From Macrostomum lignano (Eukaryota): 64,000 nt of DNA. The stretch spans positions 310,001 through 374,000 of the forward strand of contig NIVC01000571.1 in the NCBI GenBank assembly GCA_002269645.1, written 5' to 3'. The notes beneath the pieces were generated by a model. That model did not search any database. It was not told the DNA's origin and saw only the letters and a program-made list of their open reading frames with translations. This document shows positions 41,814-54,175 of this stretch, one piece after another. The position numbers and the translations under genes were made by a program. Position 1 is the first letter of the stretch; each line of letters begins with the position of its first letter.

Positions 41814-44445
41814 CATCGCCCAGCCACCGACATTTCCCTGCCGGCGGACGCGCCGAAGCAGCTGCTGCCGGAGAAGCACGCCGACTTCCTGTTGCAGTAC
41901 TGCAGCAGCCAGGACAACTACGAGTACGTCATGACCGAGTACCTGCGCATGTCCGGCCTCTACTGGACCGCCAGCGCCCTGGACCTCCTTGGCCGCCTGC
42001 CCGACCTGCGACAGCGGATGGACGCCGCCGCCTTCTTGCGGGACTGCGCCAGGCCCGATGGCGGCTACGGGCCGGCGCCCGGACACGACAGCCACCTGCT
42101 GTACACCCTGAGCGCCGTGCAGGTGAGCAGGTGAGGGTGCGGCGGAATGGGTGCGGCTGGGGTGTCAGGTTAGGACTGGGGTGTCAGGTTAGGACTGGGG
42201 TGTCAGGTTGGGACTGGGGTGTCAGGTTGGGACTGGGGTGTCAGGTTGTGACTGGAGTGTCAGGTTAGGACTGGGGTGTCAGGTTGGGACTGGGGTGTCA
42301 GGTTGTGACTGGAGTGTCAGGTTAGGACTGGGGTGTCAGGCTAGGACTGGGGTGTCAGCCTGGGACTGGGTGTCAGGTTGGGACTGGAGTGTCAGGTTAG
42401 GACTGGGGTGTCAGGCTAGGACTGGGGTGTCAGCCTGGGACTGGGTGTCAGGTTGGGACTGGGGTGTCAGGTTGGGACTGGGGTTTTCGTTGTGTCAGGA
42501 TGGGACTGGGGTGTCAGGTTGGGACTGGGGTTTCGGGGTGTCAGGATGGGACAGGGGTGTCAGGCTAGGACTGGGGTGTCAGCCTGGGACTGGGGTGTCA
42601 GCCTGGGACTGGGGTGTCAGCCTGGGACTGGGGTGTCAGCCTGGGACTGGGGTGTCAGGCTGGGACTGGGGTGTCAGGACGAAATTTGGGATGTCAGGAT
42701 TGGGATCTTGTCTCACACAATTGTCAGCTCCAGCCCTCCGCCTACCCCAGGTGGCTCTGCTGTTCGACCTGCGGGACTCCCTGGACGCCGGGGCCATCGC
42801 GGGCTTCGTCCGCGGCCTGCAGCGGCCTGACGGCAGCTTCCAGGGCGACCGGTGGGGCGAGGTGGACACCCGCTTCAGCTTCTGCGCGCTGGCCGCGCTG
42901 TTCCTGCTGGGGCTGGGCGACCGCCTCGACGACCTTGTCGACGCTCGCGCCGCAGGCGACTTCGTGCTGACCTGCGCCAACTGGGACGGCGGCTTCGGCA
43001 CCCGGCCGGGCAGCGAGTCGCATTCCGGACAGGTGCGGATCTTGCCTGGCTACTCACAGTAGGCAGTGCAGTGTCCCAGCTACTCACAGTAGGCAGTGCA
43101 GTGTCCCAGCTACTCACAGTAGGCAGTGCAGTGTCCCAGCTACTCACATTAGGCAGTGCAGTGTCCCAGCTACTCACAGTAGGCAGTGCAGTGTCCCAGC
43201 TACTCACATTAGGCAGTGCAGTGTCCCAGCTACTCACAGTAGGCAGTGCAGTGTCCCAGCTACTCACAGTAGGCAGTGCAGTGTCCCAGCTACTCACAGT
43301 AGGCAGTTCAGTGTCCCATCCCAGCTACTCACAGTAGGCAGTGCAGTGTCCCATCCCAGCTACTCACAGTAGGCAGTGCAGTGTCCCATCTCAGCTACTC
43401 ACAGTAGGCAGTGCAGTGTCCCAGCTACTCACAGTAGGCAGTGCAGTGTCCCAGCTACTCACAGTAGGCAGTGCAGTGTCCCATCCCAGCTACTCACAGT
43501 AGGCAGTGCAGTGTCCCATCTCAGCTACTCACAGTAGGCAGTGCAGTGTTCCAGCTACTCACAGTAGGCAGTGCAGTGTCCCATCTCAGCTACTCACAGT
43601 AGGCAGTGCAGTGTCCCATCTCAGCTACTCACAGTAGGCAGTGCAGTGTCCCATCTCAGCTACTCACAGTAGGCAGTGCAGTGTTCCAGCTACTCACAGT
43701 AGGCAGTGCAGTGTCCCATCTCAGCTACTCACAGTAGGCAGTGCAGTGTCCCATCTCAGCTACTCACAGTAGGCAGTGCAGTGTCCCATCTCAGCTACTC
43801 ACAGTAGGCAGTGCAGTGTTCCAGCTACTCACAGTAGGCAGTGCAGTGTCCCATCTCAGCTACTCACAGTAGGCAGTGCAGTGTCCCATCCCAGCTACTC
43901 ACAGTAGGCAGTGCAGTGTCCCATCTCAGCTACTCACAGTAGGCAGTGCAGTGTCCCAGCTACTCACAGTAGGCAGTGCAGTGTCCCAGCTACTCACCGC
44001 AGGCGCCCGCCCGCAGGTGTACTGCTGCATCGGCGCGCTGTCCATCCTGGGCCGCCTGCACGAGCTGGACGTGGACCGCACGGCGCTGTGGCTGGCGGAG
44101 CGGCAGCTGGCAAGCGGAGGGCTGAACGGCCGGCCGGAGAAGCTCCCGGATGTGTGCTACTCCTGGTGGGTGCTGGCCTCCCTGGCCATGCTCGGCCGGC
44201 TGTCCTGGATCTCCGGCGAGCGGCTGCTGCGCTTCGTGTGCGCGGCGCAGGACCCGGAGGCTGGCGGCATCGCCGACCGGCCCGGCGACCTCTGCGACCC
44301 CTTCCACACCCTGTTCGGCCTGGCCGGCGCCTCCCTCCTGCGGCTGGGCGGTGACTCGCTGAAGGCCATCAACCCGACTTTCTGCCTGCCAGTTGACTGT
44401 CTGGACAGGCACGGACTGCGGCTGCCGCTCTGGACTGGCGACTGA
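41814..44445 (+). CDS. RABGGTB: Rab geranylgeranyltransferase (type II) beta subunit; initiator Met not located
   Basis: Exons 41814-42122, 42751-43032 and 44017-44445 (all phase 0). EKHADF...[45 protein letters not shown] and [11 protein letters not shown] match the conserved family motifs. Confidence 0.95.
42165..42710. repeat. 19-bp intronic minisatellite (GGACTGGGGTGTCAGGTTG)
   Basis: Tandem copies. Confidence 0.9.
43048..43997. repeat. 30/35-bp intronic minisatellite (CAGCTACTCACAGTAGGCAGTGCAGTGTCC)
   Basis: About 29 tandem copies fill the intron. Confidence 0.95.
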
Positions 44446-44449
44446 CCGT

Positions 44450-44892
44450 GTGGGACTGGCGTATAGGGACTGGCGTGTGGGACTGGCGTGTGGGACTGGC
44501 GTGTGGGACTGGCGTGTGGGGACTGGCGTGTGGGGACTGGCGTGTGGGACTGGCGTGTGGGACTGGCGTGTGGGACTGGCGTGTGGGGACTGGCGTGTGG
44601 GGACTGGCGTGTGGGACTGGCGTGTGGGACTGGCGTGTGGGACTGGCGTGTGGGGACTGGCGTGTGGGGACTGGCGTGTGGGACTGGCGTGTGGGACTGG
44701 CGTGTGGGACTGGCGTGTGGGGACTGGCGTGTGGGGACTGGCGTGTGGGACTGGCGTGTGGGGACTGGAGTGTGGGACTGGCGTGTGGGACTGGCGTGTG
44801 GGGACTGGCGTGTGGGGACTGGCGTGTGGGGACTGGCGTGTGGGACTGGCGTGTGGGACTGGAGTGTGGGACTGGCGTGTGGGACTGGCGTT
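44450..44892. repeat. 13/14-bp minisatellite (GGGACTGGCGTGT) after the RABGGTB stop
   Basis: Tandem copies. The unit resembles the final codons TGGACTGGCG. Confidence 0.93.
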
Positions 44893-45418
44893 GTGGCATT
44901 ATGGATGAGTGTGGGACGATGCATACGAGGGTGTGGGATGATGGCCTTAAAGTCTGGGAATCGGGGATGATGATTGTGCGGCTATAAGCACTATACATAG
45001 GGTCAGTGTGGTCGCACCGGAAGTGACCTTCATAACAAATAATTATTTTGCATTCCGCTGCTTAAATACGCTGTCCTCCGCTTGTCCCTGCATGCTGTGC
45101 CCGATTCGCTAAACAATTTCTACTGCTAGTAATGATAAATATATGAACAAATACCAAGCATAACTACTGTGTAAGTAAGTAGTCTGTGCAATCATAAAAC
45201 TCTTGGTTGTCTCGCATTATCGATTTTGTTTTTAAGTGCTGCAACTTGCAAGTTTTTCGTACATCCGTAATCTGGAGAAGTCTGCCAGATGCTGTTTTTT
45301 CAGGAACTTCCTAAGCTTCCCAAATCAAATGCGAGTGAAGTTGCCATATTTACAATTTTGCCAGTTCAAATCTTCCAATCCTACTCGCACTTCTTAAGGC
45401 CTACTTGATTACACGGCT

Positions 45419-45912
45419 GGTGCTCCGCTCGCTTCAGGTATTCAGTGCTGAGCCTTCAGTGACAGGTGCTCCGCTCGCCTCAGGTATTCAGTGCTGAGCC
45501 TTCAGTGACAGGTGCTCCGCTCGCTTCAGGTATTCAGTGCTGAGCCTTCAGTGACAGGTGCTCCGCTCGCCTCAGGTATTCAGTGCTGAGCCTTCAGTGA
45601 CAGGTGCTCCGCTCGCTTCAGGTATTCAGTGCTGAGCCTTCAGTGACAGGTGCTCCACTCGCCTCAGGTATTCAGTGCTGAGCCTTCAGTGACAGGTGCT
45701 CCGCTCGCCTCAGGTATTCAGTGCTGAGCCTTCAGTGACAGGTGCTCCGCTCGCCTCAGGTATTCAGTGCTGAGCCTTCAGTGACAGGTGCTCCGCTCGC
45801 CTCAGGTATTCAGTGCTGAGCCTTCAGTGACAGGTGCTCCGCTCGCCTCAGGTATTCAGTGCTGAGCCTTCAGTGACAAGTGCTCCACTCGCCTCAGGTA
45901 TTCAGTGCTGAG
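45419..45912. repeat. 46-bp minisatellite (GGTGCTCCGCTCGCCTCAGGTATTCAGTGCTGAGCCTTCAGTGACA)
   Basis: Starts at 45419 and 45465; about 11 copies. Confidence 0.95.
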
Positions 45913-47076
45913 TGTCGCCTGTGTGCGCGCATAGCATTGCCCTGGCAACCCGAGACCTGGCAGTGACAGCAGTTAACAGCAACACACAGATAGGCAAATT
46001 CAAATGTGCCCGCTTTTAAATAAAAGTAGCGCCACGCTCCTGCCCCAAAGCTGCTTCTTTACAGTGACCTGCCTATCTGCCTTCCTACTTGTCTGCCAAC
46101 CTTACCTGCCCGCCAGCTTACCTGTCTGCTCAGACTAACCGAGTCAAAGGTAATCCCAACATTCTTTATTCTATTGCAACTTTAGCTTTTGACCAAACGG
46201 GCTGAGATGATAACTTGCCGGTCGAGTCGGTCAGAAACATCGAAACATCCCATCCAGGTCCCCTTGGACTTCTTTGGAATAAACGGGGATAAAATGGGGA
46301 TTTCACGAGAACTCACCGCTTAAGCTCCACGGCCAAGGTAGCAAACTTTCACTGAGTATTGAAGATGTGCTAAAAGTACATTATGCAACGCCAGCCAATT
46401 GGATAGACGACGCATATACAAACATAGCATTTGCTCCAATTGTTCCAATGCGATGGGCCATGACTGAGGAATTCTTATAGCAGGCCAGCTTCCCATAGCA
46501 GTGCCAGCTTCCCATAGCAGTGCCAGCTTCTTATAGCAGTTCCAGCTTCTAGCAGTGCCAGCTAATTCCCATAGCAACAACGGCATCCATTAGCAGTGCC
46601 GCCACTCACTCTGCTCCGGTTTCTACTCAATGCTTAATGCGCGCGCACCTCTGACTCTCGGGGAAAAAACCCGGGTTAGATTTATTTTTTGACCGCACTG
46701 ATTCGGTGGTTGTGCGCAAGATTTCACCTGGGGCTCGAGCGATTCTCACACATGATTGCCAAACCCCACGGCACCGTGGTGCAGCTTGACAATGAAAAAG
46801 TCAGGGCCGCTGTGCACCCTTTGTGACTTTGAGTTTGTGTGCGAGCTCAGGGGTCAGCGGAATGTACATGACTGCTGGCTTTCTTGCCGGCCTCTGATCG
46901 ACTGCAGCCTTGATTAGTGTCAGTTCTAAAGCCACTTTGATGCATTTCCAAATCTCACAGCTTTTTCCTCCATGTCATAGTAAATTCAAATTCAAAAGCC
47001 CCTTCTCAAACATCACAAACCCAAACACGGACGAATTTCAGGTGTGTTCAACTCGACTGACGCTCAATTCTTTCCG

Positions 47077-50000
47077 ATGGCCGCTGCTGAGCAAATGCGA
47101 GCTGCGCTGGAGGCCGCCGACTGCGAGCAGCTGCTGAAGCTGTGTCGGCAGCTGGACTCCAACCTGACAGTTTCGGCCGGCTACTTTGAAGGTCCGCCTC
47201 ACGTGAGAGAAATTTCGGCGGCTCACCACGTCGCTAGCAAGCCGTACGGACTCGACTGTCTGGAGGTGCTGATCGACCGGTTCGGAGCTGCATGTTTGAC
47301 ATGCAGAGACGAGTTCAACTACACACCTGTGCACTGGGCCGCCATTAAGCAGAGCCAGGACAGTCTGAAGCTCATTCACATGACTCTTGGCAGCGACTGT
47401 TTTTATGAAAAAGGAAGATTTGGTCGCTCAGTGATTCACTGCGCTGCCATGAATAAGCATAGCAACAAGGCACTGAAGTGGCTGATCGGTGAGTTCGGGT
47501 CAGACAATCTAATGGCGAAGGATGACAATGGATCGACAGTCGTTCATCTATCAGCTGAGTTTCAGAGCTCAGATTCGATGGAATTCATTAAATCAATGCT
47601 CGGTTCCGACTGCTTCCGTCAGAACGGGTGGCTTGGTCGCACCGCAGTTCACTATGCTGCTTGTAACAAGGTCTCAAACTCGTCGCTCAAGTGGCTGATC
47701 GATGAGCTCGGTTCAGACTCTCTCGTGGAGAAGGATGACGATGGCTGGACAGCCGTTCATATGGCTGCCCAGTTTCAGAGTTCAGATTCAATGGAATTCA
47801 TAAATCGAAGCTCGGTTCCGACTGCTTCCGGCAGCACGGACCCAAAGGACGCACCGCAGTTCACTGTGCTGCTTGTAACAAGGTTTCAAACTCGTCGCTC
47901 AAATATCTAGTCGATGAGATCGGTTCAGACTCTCTCATGGAGAAGGATGACAATGGATCGACAGTCGTTCATCTGGCCGCTGTGTTTCAGAGCTCAGATT
48001 CGATGCAGTTTATAAAATTAAAGATCGGTTCCGACTGCTTCCGTCAGCACGGACGGCTTGGACGCACTGCAGTTCATTGTGCTGCTTATAACGAGGTCTC
48101 AGACTCGTCGCTCAAGTGGCTGATCGGTGAGCTCGGCTCAGACTCTCTCGTGGAGAAAGATTACATCGGATTGATGGCTTGTCACCTTGTCGCAGCTCAT
48201 CAGGGTGAAAACTCCATGGACTTGATGAAGAGCCTGCTCGGAGTTAAAAGGTTCCCTTTGCGTCATCGTTTTGGCCAAACTGCAGCCCATTTTGCTGCAC
48301 TAAATACAAGGAGCAATGCAACACTGGCCTGGTGTGTCAGAGAACTGGGCTCTCAGTGCCTGACTCACGTAGATAAAGACGGCAACAATCCACTACACAA
48401 TGCTGCTCAGCATCAAGATGAGAAGTCGATGCAGCTGGCGGTGAGCTCACTCGGACCGGACTGTCTCAAGCTGCCAGGTGACAAGCAGCGAACTGCAGTT
48501 CACTTCGCGGCCATCAACACCAACAGCGTCTCTGCGCTAAGGTGGATTGTCGGTCAGCTGGGACCCGACTGTCTGAAGCTGAGGGACGACGAGGGCATCA
48601 CGGCTGCGCACCTGGCAGCTCAGCACCAAAGCGAGGACTCGCTGCGGCTCATCAGGGACTCGCTGGGCGTCGCCGCCTTCGACTTGCAGGACCGGCAGGG
48701 ACAGTCGGTGGCGGACTATGCAAAGAAGAACAACCGGTCGGAGCGGATGCTGGGCTGCATCGCCGAGCTGCGGGAGGAGGAGAGGCTAAATAGGTGAGCT
48801 GCCTGCTGCTTAAAGACGCCATAGCGTTGAGGCCATTTAGTATATTTGGATATTACGTACTGTATAATACACAGCAGAGCAAACCTTAGTCAAGCTTATT
48901 TTAACTTGTATAGCGAGTCCCGTTATCGATTGCTTTTTCGTTAGCGGGATTATCGTTCCCGTTTACCTGCCGTTAGCCCGAACAACAACGACAACAACAA
49001 CAAAGAAAACAATGTCAACAAAGCAATAATAACAGTAACAACAAAAACAACAGAAAAGCACTGACAGACGCAATGCATATACCAAAGTTTTTAGGTTCTT
49101 TAGGACACTTTAGGTTCTTGATTTATTTATTAAGCTATGGTAAAAATAAGGACGGTCAAATTCCTACTTCGATTCGATTCGATTTAACCTCGGGAAGAAG
49201 GAGAAACAGGATGAAGTCTGGCTTCGTTGGTTTTGCTCAAATCAATCGAGTCTTCTCAATTTTCAGGACGTGGCAAACAAGTTGACATTCGCAGTGGTTT
49301 TCAGACTTTTGTTTAACTTTGACAATGAGCATCAATATTCATTTGTATGTCAGCTTTCTGGTTTGGTTTAGGATTTGACTTACTCAATACACCTATAATT
49401 GTGATTTTATGTGAAATTATGATTGTACATACTTTGTCAACAACAATGATTTTGGAAGTTCCAATACATGTACATTGGGGACCGCGGGTCCACACCTGAT
49501 ACAGCGGTAAGAAAGACCAGCAGTCCCAAAACTGCATTGCAATCAAAGCAGTCACGTTTTTCTGCTTCCAGAGCTCCGGCTTCCTTGGACCCGAGCTTCA
49601 GCAGCTGGACCTTCTAGCCTGACGATCGGAGAGGGCGGGTTCGGCAAGGTGTATAAGGCCTTCACCGATAGGCAGCAGACGTTGCTGTCAAAATCGTCGA
49701 GCCCGTTCGCTGCAGCGATCCGTCGAAGCTAGAGATGGCGGTGGAGCAGGAGAGGCGGGGCTTCGAGATCCTCGTGCGCATCCGGCACCGGAACATCGTG
49801 CAGTTTCTCAAGACCGAGCGCTCAGCGGAGAACGGGTTCTGCATCTTCACGGAGCTCATCGCAGGGTGCAGCCTCCTCGATCTGATGAACCGGCTGAACA
49901 AGCCGTTCGATGAGCCAGCAGTGAGGCGTTTCTCGCATCAAGTGAGCTGTCACTCCTGCCTCTGCCACAGTGTGAATACTGAGCGAACAGCTGACTCTTC

Positions 50001-50465
50001 GACCCCGAACCCCTTTGCAGATCTGCAGGGCGCTCAACTTCCTGCACTGTGAGCACATCGTCCACCGAGACATCAAGTGCTCCAATATCATGCTCACCCA
50101 CGAGAGCGTCATCAAGCTGATCGACTTCGGACTCGCAAAGGAAATCGTCTCAGCAGCGCAGGGAGCCGCGACCTACACCCTCGGAACTGTTCACTTCATG
50201 GCCGCAGAGCTGCTTCTTGATGACGAGAATGACCGGCTGGTGTACACTCCGAAGACAGATGTGTGGGCGTTCGGCTGCACCGTGTTCGAGATGCTGGAGA
50301 GGAGGCCACCAAAAGGTCAGAGTGACTTCAAAGGGCATGCCGCAGCTGCCAGACGGGACCTCCGACACTCTGAGAGATTTCTACCGGCGCTGCGTGATGA
50401 AGGAGCCTGGAGAGCGGGCGGATACTGCGGAGCTGCTGCGACACAGCTTCCTGCAGAGCGGGTAA
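47077..50465 (+). pseudogene. Ankyrin-repeat/STE-type kinase gene, copy 1 (disrupted)
   Basis: ANK exon 47077-48793 has a 1-nt deletion near 47800 (ATAAAT versus ATTAAAT). Donor AG|GTGAGC at 48794. Kinase exons 49572-49941 and 50021-50465 have a TAG, frameshifts near 49615 and 49680, and another near 50315. HRDIKCSN and DFG remain. Confidence 0.8.
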
Positions 50466-51219
50466 GCGTGCGCACTCGAGCTTTGCACTGCACAGTTTGA
50501 ATCACAGAATATTTGCGGTAAATTCTGTAAACTTTCACTATTCTACTATTTTGTTTTTTACTGCTTTATTGTTTAACTGTTTTGCTGTTTTAGTGCTATT
50601 GACCGACTGAATGTCGGATTTTGATTCATTCTCGACTCACCTTGTTGCTCTTATTATTCAACTTTAAGCTGCTGCATTGTTCTGCTGTATGCTGCTAAAG
50701 TCGTTGTCTGCTGCACTTGACCATGTTTTTCTGTTCCACGAGCGTATACTGTAATGCCTTTATATTGTTCTGCTGTATCGCTGTTTGCAAGTAAAATTCA
50801 GAATGCAGCAGTTTTCAAGTCAATACGCTCGTAAAAAGTGATTTTAATTTTTGCTTTGCACTTTTATTTGAAAATAAAAAGTTGTGTGACTTGCCCGGTA
50901 TCTCTCGGGACGCAGATTTGATTCAGATTCGCTTTTGATGCCACTCAACGATTCCACAGCGACTCCAGCACGCCTCAGATACAACTCTACGACGCCCCAG
51001 AGTCGTCGCACATAATAAAAACGCCTCAAATTGACTCTTACGAGTATGCGACTCGTTTGACAACTTTTTGGCGACTTGCATTGTGACGTCTTGTCACGGC
51101 TAGAGTTACTTCTTTTCTATTTTATGTGCTAGCTGCAACGACTCTCTGAAACTATTCTGTTGCTGCGCAAGTGACTCTGGGACGCTTCTTGGCATGGGTA
51201 CCGTTTTCATCGGGAGTCT

Positions 51220-51600
51220 GCAGCTCATTCACATGACTCTGCGCAGAGATTGTTTTTTATTAAAAAAGATTTGGTCGCTCTGCAGTGTTTTATTATACTG
51301 CCATGAATAAACAAAGCAGCTGATCGGTGAGCTCGGCTCAGACTCCAATGGAGGAGGAAAATGGCCCCCAGAAGTCTCCGCAGTGACTCTTTTTTTAAAG
51401 GAAAATTCTGTAGCTCAAGGTTTTAATGCTCTGCCATGAATAAGCATAGCAACCAGGCACTCAAGTGGCTCGTCGGTGAGCTAGGCTCAGACTCTCCCAT
51501 GAAGGATTAGCAATGAATCTCGGAACTCGCGGCAGCGATTTTTTATGAAAAGGGAAAATTTGGCTCAGAGTTTTAATGCGCTGCCATGAATAGGTAAAGC
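51220..51600 (+). pseudogene. Highly decayed ankyrin-repeat relic (third copy)
   Basis: CAGCTCATTCACATGACTCT...AGATTTGGTCGCTC and GCCATGAATAAGCATAGCAACCAGGCACTCAAGTGGCT...GGTGAGCTAGGCTCAGACTCTC match the ANK exons, in about 3 degenerate units. Confidence 0.7.
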
Positions 51601-52509
51601 AACAAATACGCCTGCACTCTCAGAAAGCAAAGATAAGTCCCACTATTCTCACTGACCTGAATCCGAAAGCACTGGTTGAGCCATCCGCTCATTTATAACT
51701 GTACATGTATAGGTCCCCTGCCCTACCTGTCGTTAAGCTCCTCAGTCACGTTGCCATGGCAACAGACTGGCTTAAAGTTAAAGTTCCCAGTCGAGAACCG
51801 GGATTAAATTTTGGTTCAGGTCAAACGCTCAATTTCACATAGCTGGTACAAGGGTTGTTTGTCTTCGGTCAGTTTCCACAGTCTAAAAAGTAATTCTAAA
51901 TGACTTTTAATTCAAGAAAAAAGGTGGAGCTGACGCTGCTCATACAAATGTTTTTAAACAAACTTGATTACTCACAAATCCGTAACCTTAATCTCTTCAT
52001 GATCCCAAGCTCAGTTCAAATCAGCCTTCGCTTCTTGTGCACACAGGGGCAGAGCAGCTCAGCGGTAGCGCATCTGCCTCGTGCACAGAACTGACTCTAA
52101 GCTTGTACGATTCTGACATAGTTTGAAAGCGGTTCGGATAGCACCTGGATGCTAGGACTAGGATCGACCCCAAATGGCAGCTGGAAATTCTGACTATCAG
52201 AGGATTGGCAACGCATCTCAGTTTGCGAGAATTCTGGACAGAAAAGCCAAAATCTTTCTAATGCTGGAATAAACAAATCTGCTCGATCAAGAGAACCGGC
52301 TCTAACTAGCCAATGAAGATGGCCCAGCCATTCTCAGCCAACCATCGGTCTCAAGGGAAACAAAACACTATCAAATAAATGAATCCCAGTCTTAACCTGA
52401 AAGCTTAACTCCCAGACCAGACTGAGTTTTCGAAAGTTCAAGAAGAACACCCGAAGCCGCTGAGGATTTCAGTGGTGAAGACAAACGGAGAAACTCGAAA
52501 CATTTGGAA

Positions 52510-54175
52510 ATGCCAGCTGGAATTCTAGCACTGCTGTTCGGCTGCATGGCTGCTGTGACAGGTGAGGCTTCTCATGCACGTTGCAGAAGCATTGCCGGTC
52601 AAATGCACTGAGTGCCTGCGAAACATCAAGAATTGAAAATTTTTAGAAGTTGTCAACCACATTTGTTAACTGCTGTGATGGCGCAGCCACAGTTTGCAAT
52701 ACACAGAATCTCCTCAAACCAACAGGCGCCCACCAATCCAGTCTCTTCACCGCTGTCACCGGACCCGTCCTGATCGGCAACGCCTCCAGCAGCGAACTCG
52801 TCAACCTGACCGGCGTCCAGACCCGGCTGGAGTGTCTGGCAGCGTGCCAGCGGAAGGGCTGCCTGCTGGCTTCGCTCATCCCCAGCTCGCGCGTCTGCCA
52901 GCTGCTGCTGCTCAACGACGCGTCTCAGGCGCCGGGACCGGCCGGGACTCACGTGCAGAGACTCGTGGGCTCCGAGCCCGGCGCCAGGCTGTGGACGGCC
53001 GAGAACTTCACGGAGCTGATGAGGAAGAGGATGCTGAATGTCACCATTGAGCTCAGAAGTGAGGAAAAGCCAATGTTTGCAAATTTTTCTGTGCTTCGAG
53101 CATTTGCTGCACCTTGACATCTGATCTGCAGCGCCCTCTTTCACTGCAGACAGCAGCACGGGCAGGGCCGGCTCCATCCAGTCCGTGACGATCCCCTCGA
53201 CCGGCTGCTACCGGATCGAAGTGTCGGGCGCCAGAGGCGGCACCAACTCCTTCTCAGGCAAGGCTGGCGGCAGCGGCGCCTTCGTGTCCGGCGCCTTCAA
53301 CCTGACGGCCGGCACCCAGCTGAGCGTCGTGGTCGGACAGGCTGGCGGTCCGCCCAGCAACTTGTACGCTGGTGGCGGCGGAGGCGGCGGCAGCTTCGTG
53401 TACCGGACGGCAGACGAGCTGCTGCTGGCTGCAGCCGGAGGCGGCGGTGCCGGGACCTACAGCTCAGCTGGTGAGTAAAAATGGCTTCAGGACAACTGGT
53501 TAAAATATATTCTCCAAAAGCTCTCTGATGTTTAAGTGCTTAGGGTATTCCTGTGTCTGGTTTTCAATTGATGTCGGTTTTTGAGAGACTTACTTTAGTA
53601 AAATCAGCTCCAAACACAAAACAACTAACCAAATAGGGCACTCATACTATTGAATATGTTGAAAGTAAGCCACGAGCACCGAATTCGCAGGCCTGCCCGG
53701 AGAGGCCGGCGTCAACGGCTCCGTCGCGAATCCGAGCGAAAACAGCCACGGCGGCAGCAACGGACAGCCGGGCTTCCACGACTCCAGCGCCATGACCGGC
53801 AACCAGAACCTCGCTGGCTGCGGCGCCGGCTGGCTGGGGAAGCCGGTGTGCACCAGGCGGGGACCGGACGACGGTGACGGAGGCGGCAGTCGGGCCGAAG
53901 GCTGGCTGGGCGGCGACGCCGGCGGCTCCAACACCGGCGACGGCGGGTTCGGCGGTGGCGGAGGCGGCGGCACGGCGAACCCCAACTATGGCGTTGCCGG
54001 GGCCGGCGGCGGCTTCAGCGGAGGCGCCACCAGCTTCTCGGGGAGCCCTCCAGGAGGTGGCGGCGGCTCCTTCTGCTCCGGCAGCGGCTGCAGCGGCACC
54101 ACTGGCGGCAACGCCGGCCAGCACGGCCTGGTGGTCATCCGGCTGGTCGATCCGCTGAGCAACTCTTGCGAGTGA
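52510..54175 (+). CDS. Secreted protein with a PAN/apple-like module and an ALK/LTK-type glycine-rich domain (~396 aa, 4 exons)
   Basis: Exons 52510-52561 (signal MPAGILALLFGCMAAVTG), 52726-53058 (CLAACQRKGC...C), 53150-53470 (YRIEVSGARGG...GQAGG...GGGGGGSFV...LLLAAAGGGG) and 53691-54175 (GGFGGGGGG...GAGGGFSGG...GGGGSFC...GNAGQHGLVVI). All junctions are phase 1. No TM helix or kinase domain. Confidence 0.82.

Noticed and set aside
44157-44998. GLACGTGVWDWRV and HASPTRQS repeat ORFs
   Set aside because: A 13/14-bp minisatellite after the RABGGTB stop.
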